A stretch of DNA of 64,000 bases from Psammoneis japonica. Lineage: Eukaryota. Each line of letters starts with the position of its first letter. The stretch's first letter is position 1. Below, piece by piece: positions 40,000 through 51,685 of this stretch. The notes beneath the pieces are model-generated. The model was not told where the DNA came from, did no database searches, and saw only the letters and a list, made by a program, of their open reading frames with translations. The stretch spans positions 1 to 64,000 of the forward strand of contig QPGO01000204.1 of assembly GCA_008632985.1 (NCBI GenBank). Direction: 5' to 3'. The translations under genes were made by a program, and so were the position numbers.

Positions 40000-41620
<1,621 letters not shown>

Positions 41621-42351
41621 TTGAAACGATGCGTGTTTGATGTTAGATTCCGTCCGGTGCTGACGATGGTGTCCGTCATTTGCAGCGTGCGGTATGCGGT
41701 AGTGGGACTTCCCTACTTGTTTGGACACTAGAATTTCAATGAGAGCTGTGCACTACTAGAACCTGCGACGAGTAATCCTCAAACAGATTGTCCGACCAAG
41801 TGCCATCCATGTGGGAACCTAGCCAGTTTACAAAAATACACTGTGCCACAAGGAGTGCCGCCTGGTGGTGGAACGTTTCCAGTTCCATGCTAGCAATACG
41901 ATTAGGATCCGCACAGCTCGAAGTTGTATGTTGCAATATTTCTATAGCAGCTTTCAGCAGCTACTACGTATCACTGCCGAATGCACTTATGTTTCATACC
42001 TAGCATCAAGAGATCTGGATGGTGAAGGAAAGTGTCAGCTGGTCCACACCACTGATCAAACGGCAACAGCGCTGTGGAGGTGCTGTTATTATACGTGTGG
42101 AATCGGGGAATTTTGGATGCCAATTCTGAATTTCTTGGTTTCTGTTTTGCTGCCTCCTGAGTTGCTGCTATTAGTGCTGCCTTAGGCGCACACAACAATT
42201 CAATGCATGCGTGGTTAATGGCGGTCTCCCTCGTTGCTTTTGCATCCGGTACAAAGCAAAAGGAGTAAGTTGTGGATGCAGAGACATGGAAAGGTCGACG
42301 CATAATCAAATTTAATATGAAAGTTGGATTTGCGGCAGAAAACCAAGCAAA

Positions 42352-43916
42352 TCACATAATATAATCTTGATTGGCTTTCGCGATATCCTCTTCCCCAGTT
42401 ACACCATCGAAATCAAAATCTTCCCATGTTATCAACTGATACAGTAAAATGTATCTTCTTGCCAACTCGAGAACTAATTCACGCGGTGCTTCAGGCAGAG
42501 TCTCGTCCTCATATGGGTTGCAATGGTCTCGAAACCACAACCGCAAAAATTCCTTGTCGATATTATCCGGCTCCTTCGCTCATACGTTGTTCGTATGTAC
42601 TGGCTAGCCAATACCGCGATGAATCCGGTGTGTGTACCTCATCAATCAGTAAGATCTCACCAGTACTTTCGTCTTTCCCAAACTCGTATTTGGTGTCGAC
42701 GAGAATTAAACCGTGGTCTGAAGCTACTTCTTGTTTGAGAGTGAATACCTCTAGAGCGGCTGACGCGCAAACATCCCAATCTTCTTGTGTCATCCATCCC
42801 TCTGCGACGACATCACCTGGAGAAATAGGGCGGTCGTGGTCTTCCTCTTTTGTTGTGGGTGTCAGGAGGTTCGCCCACAGCTTTTCGTTCTTCGTCAAGC
42901 CCTCTGGCAACTCATGACCGCAGTAGTTCCGCACTCCATTCTGATAATTCTTCCAGATGGAGGTCGCAGTGGATCCCGTCACGTAAGAACTACAGAGAGG
43001 TACTGTAAGAACATTAGTATGAGTTGCAATCGAACAACAATGATTTTTACTCCTAAGCGAGATGAGCCGAGCAATGAGGAAACCTACCGGACTATAAATT
43101 CAATCGGAAAGGGACTGATGCCATGCGAAAAGAGAGATAAGAAATGAGTGGTAGGCAATGAAAAACTGTTTCCAGCCAATAAGAAATAACTTACTTGCAC
43201 CGTTTCACAATGCTCACGTTGGAATGAGGTACCGCCACGAGATGGTTCGGAATAATGTGCTTCGTCTTTTCAAACCAAAAGGCGCTAGTCAAGTTCAACA
43301 CTGCTCCCTTGTAAGGCACGGATGCCAAGTGTCGATCGAACCCTGATTGGCGGTCCGTCGTCACCAATGCCATTGCACCAGCACCAGCATGCCGATCACG
43401 AACCTTTCCCCTCATCCGCTCTGGCAACCCGGCTCCAGCAATGTTGTCGCCGGTGATTTGATCATTTCTATCGTATGCCCTTGCAATGGCTTGAGCGTAC
43501 TTAGGAGATTTCGTCTGCAGCTGAGCATCATCGACCAGACGGCTCTGCTTGCGTTTTGCAAGAGACTCGCGTAGACACCGTCGAACCTGCTCATCCGCAA
43601 GCCCACACCATTTGGCGATTTCCAACGCTGCGTCGTGAGAAGGTTCTTTGATTTTCAACACTGGTACAGGAGTTTCATTCTCCAACGCCGATATTAATCG
43701 TGAACCTTGTTCCGAAGCAGTGCCAAGGTACACACACAACACTGCTGGTTCTTGAGTTTTAGCCAAACGCTTGAAAGGAATACTCGCAGATCGAACGCTC
43801 GAATCAAACAGGCCAAATTTCGACGCCAACTCGGTACAAATAGTATGTGCCGTGGCGATGAGGTCCTCATAATCCTCCATGTCGATAAGCAGGAAAACCT
43901 TGGGAGCCGACGTCAT
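42352..43916 (-). pseudogene. purC: SAICAR synthetase (PurC/ADE1) with an N-terminal PurE-like domain; one frameshift at ~42572 (pseudogene or assembly error)
   Basis: Motifs RGKVRD, TTDRQSGFDR, PIEFIVRSYVTGS (introns 43194-43115 and 43087-42990), TPTTK, LILVDTKYEFG and LIDEVHTPDSSRYW. After a frame change the sequence continues EPDNIDKEFLRLWF. Confidence 0.85.
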
Positions 43917-44019
43917 GGTGAGAGCGCAAACTACTGTACCGGGTACGCTCGCGCAGCGCACGAAAGATTGCTGTTGGCTTGGATGGAACGCGCGAAATGT
44001 TATGTACTGTACGTGCGTG

Positions 44020-44558
44020 GCTGGCCGGGTTCGGACAAATCGACCAGGAATTTGTGTGTATTCGTACTTAAGAAAATTCCACAGTGGACAAATCGACCCC
44101 ATGTTTTTGTGTTCTTAAAATCGATAGTGGACAAATCGACCACCACCATAAACTCCTGGTAGATTTGTCCACCCCATGTTTATGTGTTCTTAAAATCGAT
44201 AGTGGACAAATCGACCCCCTACATAAACTCCTGGTCAATTTGTCCACCCCATGTTTATGTGTTCTTAAAATCGATAGTGGACAAATCGACCCCCACCATA
44301 AACTCCTGGTAGATTTGTCCACCCCATGTTTATGTGTTCTTAAAATCGATAGTGGACAAATCGACCCCCTACATAAACTCCTGGTCAATTTGTCCACCCC
44401 ATGTTTATGTGTTCTTAAAATCGATAGTGGACAAATCGACCCCCACCATAAACTCCTGGTAGATTTGTCCACCCCATGTTTATGTGTTCTTAAAATCGAT
44501 AGTGGACAAATCGACCCCCACCATAAACTCCTGGTCAATTTGTCCGAGCCCGGCCGGC
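44020..44558. mobile_element. MITE/foldback-like element with ~34-bp TIRs and an internal 75-bp tandem array of palindromic units
   Basis: The left end gctggccgggttcggacaaatcgaccaggaattt matches the reverse complement of the right end at 30/34 positions. Units start at 44126, 44201, 44276, 44351, 44426 and 44501. Confidence 0.8.
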
Positions 44559-44742
44559 GCGCTTGCTAGTCCCCTATTATGCTACCGTATCCGCCCTGCG
44601 GACGCACATCATCACTGACCGGCCGTCTGACCTGAAATCGATCGATCATTACAGTACTGTAGAAGTAGTAATCACCACCCCCACATCGACAAATGGCACC
44701 TGTAGAGTGTTATCTCGGTTGTCATTGCTACAAATAAGCAAG

Positions 44743-45788
44743 ATGATGGACGATCCCTATGATGACTTTGATCCTCGCAACTACGTGTATGGGGCTGATG
44801 AAGAAGCGGAAGAAGTTGTTTATCCGGAGGAACTCGGTGCGACAAAGATCGAAACGAATGTCTACGAACGTAAGTTGTCATTGAACCTCAGTCAAGACGT
44901 CAACCACAGTAACTTTCAAGTTTATCCGGAGGAACTCGGTTCAACAAACAACGAAACGAGTGTCTACGAACAAAAGTTGTCATTGAACCTCAGTCAAGAC
45001 GTCAACCACAGTAACTTTCAAGCATCCCAGCAGCATCTGCCTGCTTCTTCATTGCAACCGCGACGGGCTAGAAAACGGCAACGTGCGCAGCCCATACCGC
45101 GTCAGAGTCACAACCAATACGACGACTCGCAGGCCCAAGATTATTCTGGTAACGAGGAAGAAGATATTTTTGCTTCAGTGAGGTCGTTTCTGAAAAACCA
45201 ACAAGCTCCAGACATACCGTGTGTCGCTAAGGAAGCAATTCCAACACCAGAAGTAAATGCAACTAACGATGCTTCCTCCTCAGTCCCGGACTCTCAAGTG
45301 GCAAATGCGGACACCATGACAGAAGTCGTCGCTCAACAAGAAAAACATGATCCTGTCGACGAAGAAAAGGTGAAAGAACCTGATACGAATCCACTTTACG
45401 CGAGGAAAATGCATGGCTTTAATCCAGAACATCAAGTTGCTGGTGATTGCTACTGGATTTGACGCACACTGGAGGCGGTATCCAATTAAGCTGTGGTATG
45501 ATAAAGGCCAAAGGTCGCGACACAACGGTGGTGGAGGCGCTTGTACCAGCTGTCTTGATTCACCCGATCGGCTCTGATCTGCACGCTGAGCGCTGCATCC
45601 TTGGGAGACGTAAGAATGGCCTGAAGCGCTCGATGAATTTGCGTTTCACGTACATTATCTCCAGTTTTCACGCATCTTTGTCGAATAAGTTTGATCAGCC
45701 AAGTATTATGCCCAACAAATCTCCACCGATCTGCAATTGCCGGACTGGCAGCGCCAACACAGCAGTACACGGCAATATCCCACGATGA
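44743..45788 (+). CDS. Hypothetical acidic protein with a 102-bp internal tandem duplication, possibly disrupted near 45460
   Basis: ORF from ATG 44743 to 45462 with VYPEELG...HSNFQ repeated twice, and a possible continuation in another frame to 45788. No family recognised. Confidence 0.4.
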
Positions 45789-46137
45789 GTACTATCGCTG
45801 TTCCGAATGCAGGCATGTATTGTGATATTAAGTGAAGATTGGAGGTTGCCAACGATATCCGAAAGCACGAGAGATTCATGAATCATGGTGCCGGTGCCGG
45901 AGACCACTAGTTGCAGCTCTTGTACGATTGGAGATAGACTATGGGATGGCTACTATTATAGGATATCATAAATTTGCGCTCATACTGGTATTCTATTTCA
46001 TCAACACCGGTTTGGCGTGACGCTGGAGGCGCTTGTATTGAGATGATGTTGTACTATACGATTAGTTTGAAGAAGACCTATTATATTACATCAAAGGCAC
46101 TCCCATTTCCAGATACTTCTCTTCCTCCTCGGTCAAC

Positions 46138-46452
46138 TCACCCAATCAATATCTCCGGTTCGGAGGCAGTTGAAGCTTCCGCGGCCGCCATTGTCGACTC
46201 CCCAAATCGACGCTCAAGATTTTCCATGACATGAGTAGTAAGCTCCCGACCACACCACCACCACCACCATGATCTACTCTATCAATCCTGTTGTCTTTCA
46301 ACCCCAGGTGGGTATGGCCCATTCACCCAATCAATATCTCCGGTTCGGAGGCTGTTGAAGCTTCCGCGGCCGCCATTGTCGACGCCCCAAATCGACGCTC
46401 AAGACTTTCTCGTTTCCATGGCATGAGTAAGCTCCGGACCACACGACCACCA
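46138..46452. repeat. Direct duplication (~120 bp, copies starting at 46138 and 46323)
   Basis: tcacccaatcaatatctccggttcggaggc...cgacgctcaaga occurs twice. Confidence 0.8.
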
Positions 46453-46685
46453 CAAATATCTGCTACTAGTACTATTACGTGTGATTGGTTGGAACTTGAT
46501 TGACTTTCTAATGTTTGTATTTTCGTATGCAGCCCATCCCGTGCCAAAGGATAAGATTTCACCATGGTACAGAGCCAGCGGCAGCACCCTTTGCTGTCGA
46601 CTGTGATATCTGTACTGGTGTGGCAGTGGCTTGTCAAAGCCTCGCTGGCATGGGTCCGTTGCCATTGTTCTTGCTTTAGGATATA

Positions 46686-48527
46686 TTACTCGACAAACTC
46701 CTGCAAGAGAGATACACCAATGAAGTTGCGTCCATGGCGGCTGATCCAATCTTGGTCAAAGCCAGAAGGAAACTTGCGTTCCGGCAACGACAAATAGTAC
46801 ATGAACATGGGGACAAAAACTCCGCAATCACATCCTAGAAAAATCGGTACGCAAAAGGAGATGAAGTGAGTTCCAAAGGTTCAATCCAAGTACAGCCATG
46901 CTTATTCGACTTAATTGACACGTACCGGTGTCCTGTTGGGGAGTATCATCAATGGGCGTCTCGATCAGTTTCCACTTGCGCGAATTAGGAAGCGACTTGC
47001 CCTTTTTCTTGTTCTTGTATTCGTCACGGAGGTAGCGCTTGAGTTTGGCCAAGATATAGGGGTAATGGTCACCAAGAGAGTCAAAGATTTGAATCTTCTC
47101 TTCCCGAACAAAGATGGCAGCCAAAATCCAATGGGTGGAGCGGACATGGATTGGAATCAAAACAATGTTCTTGTCCAAAATACCTGTTGTGCCAAAGCAA
47201 TATGTGAGAAGGAGAGACACGACAGGATTAAAACAGTACCAGCAAAGACACCACACTCACCGTCCTTCTTGGTCCAATTCTCAACCCTCTTGTAGTCGTA
47301 CGACGTGGTATTGGGGCAGGACTTGGAGAGCGACGAGTAGAAGTGTGTCGACATGATCTTGATGCCACCAGGGATCTTGACAGACTCATCACGCTTTGCC
47401 AAGAGTTTACCGAAGCTATCAATAATGACATCGTTGACCCACACCTCATCTTTCAAAGTCTGGAGCGCCCTGCCTGTCAAGAACGGTTTCTTGAGGATGT
47501 TGTTGGTGTACTGTGGGCCCATGCGTTCACGAAACTGTCTCACCCTCGTGGTATCCAGATCAGTGGACACAGCCTTACCAATGAGACTTTCATCATGATC
47601 GTGAGAGCCGGTGCTCTTAGCCATGCCCGTGGTGGCGGTAAGGGCGGTGGCGCCAGCATCATCCAAAGATAGCGAGGCAACAAAACTCTTTCCTGATAGA
47701 ATATCATTGAATTTCTGCTCCAAACCGTGAGCGACAACACTGTTGACTTGATTGAGCGCCTCCTCGACATTGTCAATCCGGTCGTTCAACATGCTAATGG
47801 CCGCGTTGGTAGCTTGCTGGGCTCGGAAAAAGTCTTGATGCTGATAGCCAATGGTAGCCAACTCTTCCCTCATGGCCTCCACACTGGCGTTGGTTTCTTT
47901 GAACTTGGCTTCATGTTAAATAACTTCGTTCATGAGCTGAGCCAATTGTTCTTGCAGATCGGCATTCATCAATGCGACTTTGTTCAAGTCGGTTGTGTCA
48001 TCGATATTGACATCTTCAATACCGAGCTGTTGACACATGGCCACGGTAGCAACACCCAACTCTGCAAAGGCTTTCAAGTCCCAATCCTGGAGGAACTTGC
48101 TTGCAGCGACACAGAATCGACCCATCACATGGTTGTTGAGGATTTTGTTGAACTGTTCCTTTTGCCTTTGAGCTTTAAGGTTGTTGAATGAATTCAATTT
48201 CTCAGCCATATCTGGGTCATTGACAAACTGGCGGAGGAGGTAGTTCTTGGCTTCCATGTGGTCCTCCTTGCTGTCTTTGGCCAATACACATTTGGGCCGA
48301 CCATGGTCACAAGACGAGACATCCTCCACCTTTCCGTAGTAGAGTCGGTTTGTCTCCTCACAGATTCCAAACAACTTTGGATTGGGGAAGTACTTCATTT
48401 GGAACTTTTGGCAGCGCGCACCGTTGACGTAAATGGTTGCGGTTGGAATTGCCCCATTTTCAAGGGCCTCTTCCACCTGCAGCTTCTTGACATCGCGTTC
48501 GGCGCGGGTAAGATCAATGCCCGTCAT
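46686..48527 (-). pseudogene. Ulp1/SENP (peptidase C48) SUMO protease gene with an in-frame TAA at 47916-47918
   Basis: Motifs WVNDVIID, STHFYSSL, IPIHVRSTHW (His), FDSL (Asp) and spliced QQDTGCDCGVF (Cys), with two GT-AG introns. The upstream coiled-coil ORF is in frame but separated by one stop. Confidence 0.8.
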
Positions 48528-48709
48528 GGTTGGCGTGGATGTTTGGATGGATTCGTTTGACGTTGCTTACGTTTGGGAATGGAATGATGCTGCTGCTATC
48601 CTGGATCGATCCGTCGTTGTTTGATGATCTCATCTACATACCGGCACCGTCTGCTACTTAACTGCCGGTGTTCATGCTGATTTTATGTAACCTATTGCCG
48701 GCACTGCTA

Positions 48710-49466
48710 TCACGGAACCAATTTCAAAGCATCTTCCATGTCTTGGAACTCCCAACTGGCAGTGCTGTCACCACCACCATCTCCAACCCATTTGCCTTGG
48801 CTGAAAAAGGTGTCGGATCGTAGCGACACAAAGGGTTCAATCTCCAACGCGTCTTTTGCATTCCTGACATCTTCATGAATTGCAGCAACTAAATCAGGAA
48901 AGGACGGAAACTTTTGCTCATTTCGAAGAAATCCAATGAGAGACAATTTCATCGTTTCGTTGTAAAAGTCCGACATGACTTGGCTTTCTTCGAGCATTAG
49001 ATGAGCTTCCACAATCTTTTCCTTGTTTTTCCTGTCCCTCAAAAGTGGGAGAGCATCCCACATTGACAACAGCTCGAAGCTTGGTGTTGCGCAGCTTGTT
49101 TGTACTTTTGCTTGGGTCTTCGACAAGTGCCCACCCAAAGCACACACCCGTGTCTACACGGTCGAGTGCACTCGCAAAACGTGACGAGGGCAAGTTGGCC
49201 GTAGGGAATCCAAGTTTCTTTCCTCCTCGGCCGCATCCAGAATCAACGGGTCCTCGAAGCCGAACTGTTTCCTTGAGCGGTTGAGGGGGAGATGTTTCTT
49301 GCTCAGCAGCACAGGTGTCAGACGCGAGAAAGGAGACGACTCTCGAGCTACATCGTTGAACACACGTTGTGGGTGACACAACAACAAACGCTGATGTTGT
49401 TCTCTGGCTCAAGAACTGGGCACAGAACAACATGAGCAGCCAAAAGAAGCTGTGCAGCACATGCAT
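48710..49466 (-). pseudogene. RFK: Riboflavin kinase with a signal peptide and SAF plastid-targeting motif; frameshifted and Tyr>Cys mutated
   Basis: Motifs GRGGKKLGFPTANL, TGVCFGWA, VNVGCSPTF, IVEAHL, DFYNE and FLRNEQKF. A +1 A in a run at ~49028 shifts the frame. Confidence 0.88.
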
Positions 49467-49929
49467 GTTGAAGGATCAGTCCATGTGGTTGCCTTTTTGC
49501 GCTGCCTCGGTCCCTTGTATCCCGCCAGAATCGAAGCTCGCGTGTGCGCGTGTGCCGGCAGCTTCGTGCTTCGGTGCGTCTCTTCCAACGTGTTCAGACC
49601 TCCCAAGCCGGGAGTGCTCCAAGCAGATGACACCTCAGACAGCACAGGAGGGCGAGCAGCAGCTCGCACCATCGAGCAGCAATGCAGCATTTAATCAAAA
49701 GCCTTTCACAAAAACACAACTGACCAAATTATGAGCTGTCTGCTTGTGGCCAGGCCAAAATCTGGTGAGTGCGACTGCTGGAGACAACTCGCAGCGTGGG
49801 AAATCCACGCCACCTGGTGCACCGGAGGAGTCACCAAGTTCTCAACAATCAATCTTGCACCAACTTAGGCATTGTAACATTCTTTGTGGCACGTAACAAC
49901 TGTTGTTGAGCTCTGACAACACCGGTGCC

Positions 49930-51150
49930 GGTGTGTTTGCCAACGTGATCAGAAAATTACGTTTGGGGCCATGGCGGACAGTTTCTACGAGTGCATGCTC
50001 AAGGTGTGGTTGCAGGGTGGAAAGACGGAACCAATGCACCGAAAAATGTGTGACAAGGCGATCCAGGGCATGCATGATGAATTGCTTCACACGTCAACGC
50101 CGTCCGGTCTCACCTGCATTGCCGACAATCTCAGTGTGCTGAACCGAACAGGAAAACCAGAGGCACCGTGGGAGCTGGTATATGCGCACGTAGAGTAGAT
50201 TTGTACGCTTTTCTCCCACTGGTGGTGCCAGTGTCATTTGGTTATTTTTTAAACCCTGTCTCGGTACACGTCATTGTATCCTGACTCTCCCACTCGTCGC
50301 AGGCACCTGGTATGGGCAGTGCCGCACGGCGGACATTATATTTATGTAACGATTTGTCATAGGGAGACAATCAAGATGGCTGCAACACATCAACTAGCGG
50401 AATTCTCGGTCGAACTCGACTTGCCTTATATGTATATTGAAGTTGGTTGTATTGGGCATATGTGCGCCATAGGAGGCGACTTTTTGGTAGTACCTATATA
50501 TGTGGATAGGGCCATCTAGAGTAGGATGATGGACTTTTGATAATTTTAAATTTAACGAACCGAACAGGAAAACCAGAGGCACCGTGGGAGCTGGTATATG
50601 CGCACGTAGAGTAGATTTGTACGCTTTTCTCCCACTGGTGGTGCCAGTGTCATTTGGTTATTTAAACCCTGTCTCGGTGCACGTCATTGTATCCTGACTG
50701 ACAAGAACAGTGGTCGCATCGATCACAAGATGGACCATTTGGTTTGCTTCATGGGAGGTGAGTTTTTCGCATTTCTCCCGTGTTGTCTGATGCTGGTGGC
50801 ATTGTTGGTCCTCATTTTCAATCCCATGGCAAGCGGTCGAGTCCATGTTCACCCTCAATCAACTCACGGGTGATCCAGTGTGCCGAGAATGGGGGTGGGA
50901 AATGTTTTCTGCAATCGAGCGGCACTGCAAAACCAAGATTGCCTGTGGACAGTTGAACAATGTGCAAGACGTGAACGGACCGCCACAAGACAAGATGGAG
51001 CCCTTCTTCTTGGCAGAGACTCTCAAGCATTTGCATTTGTTGCAGGACCCAGATGCACCCGTGGACATTTTAAACAAGCATGTCTTCAATGCAGGAGCAC
51101 ATCCAATGCGAATCTTTCCAGCAATTGACAAGGAAGGGAAGCAAGCAGTC
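49930..51150 (+). pseudogene. GH47 alpha-1,2-mannosidase fragment, interrupted by an insertion
   Basis: Motifs FGAMADSFYECMLK, MDHLVCFMGG, AVESMF, REWGWEMF, DKMEPFFLAETLKHLHLL and HVFNAGAHP. Confidence 0.9.
50129..50699. mobile_element. 571-bp non-coding insertion with a 5-bp TSD (GACAA) and ~145-bp direct repeats (TRIM-like)
   Basis: GACAA at 50124-50128 and 50700-50704; removing the insert restores IAD-KNSGRIDHKMDHL. Direct repeats at 50141-50286 and 50557-50699. A purine run (gagtgggag, minus strand) lies next to the first repeat. Confidence 0.8.
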
Positions 51151-51391
51151 AAGCAGGCCCAGCTCCATGCTCTGGCAGATGGCCCTCTGCTGTCAGAGAG
51201 AGAAGATTTGGGGCTGCGGTGGTGCGACTGGGGCCACTGTGTGTTTTGACGATGTTGTGTTCAACACAAAGAGTCGACTCTCTAAAACAACTGCCTGTTC
51301 ACAAGCACTCATGCACACAGCTCCACCTGCCCATTTGCAAGCGCCGAGAGTCAGTCGTCGTCGTTGGGATGTCGATCGACGCGGTGTTTGG

Positions 51392-51685
51392 GCACTGGTT
51401 TTGATTGCCCGAGTCAATGCCGGTGAACAATTGTTTTCGCCGTTGCTCAAAACCATTGAGGCCATTTCGTCACAACAAGCCAGAGCATGGGCAGCACTTG
51501 TTTGTTCCCATCGTGCCGCAGCATTTGCAACAAGACCTGCACTGGTTTTGATTGCCCGAGTCAATGCCGGCGAACAATTGTTTTTGCCGTTGCTCAAAAC
51601 CATTGAGGCCATTTCATCACAACAAGCCAGAGCATGGGCAACACTTGTTTGTTCCCATCGTGCCACAGCATTTGCAACAAGACCT
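51392..51685. repeat. Tandem duplication, 2 x 147 bp
   Basis: Copies start at 51392 and 51539 and differ at five positions, four of them CG vs TG/CA. Confidence 0.9.

Noticed and set aside
44097..44545. CRISPR-like array (palindromic repeats at regular spacing)
   Set aside because: The intervening sequences are identical rather than unique spacers, no cas genes are present, the context is eukaryotic, and the array is bounded by TIRs.
50129..50699. Hammerhead ribozyme / retrozyme or Penelope-like repeat
   Set aside because: No CTGANGA...GAAA core was found by eye on either strand.
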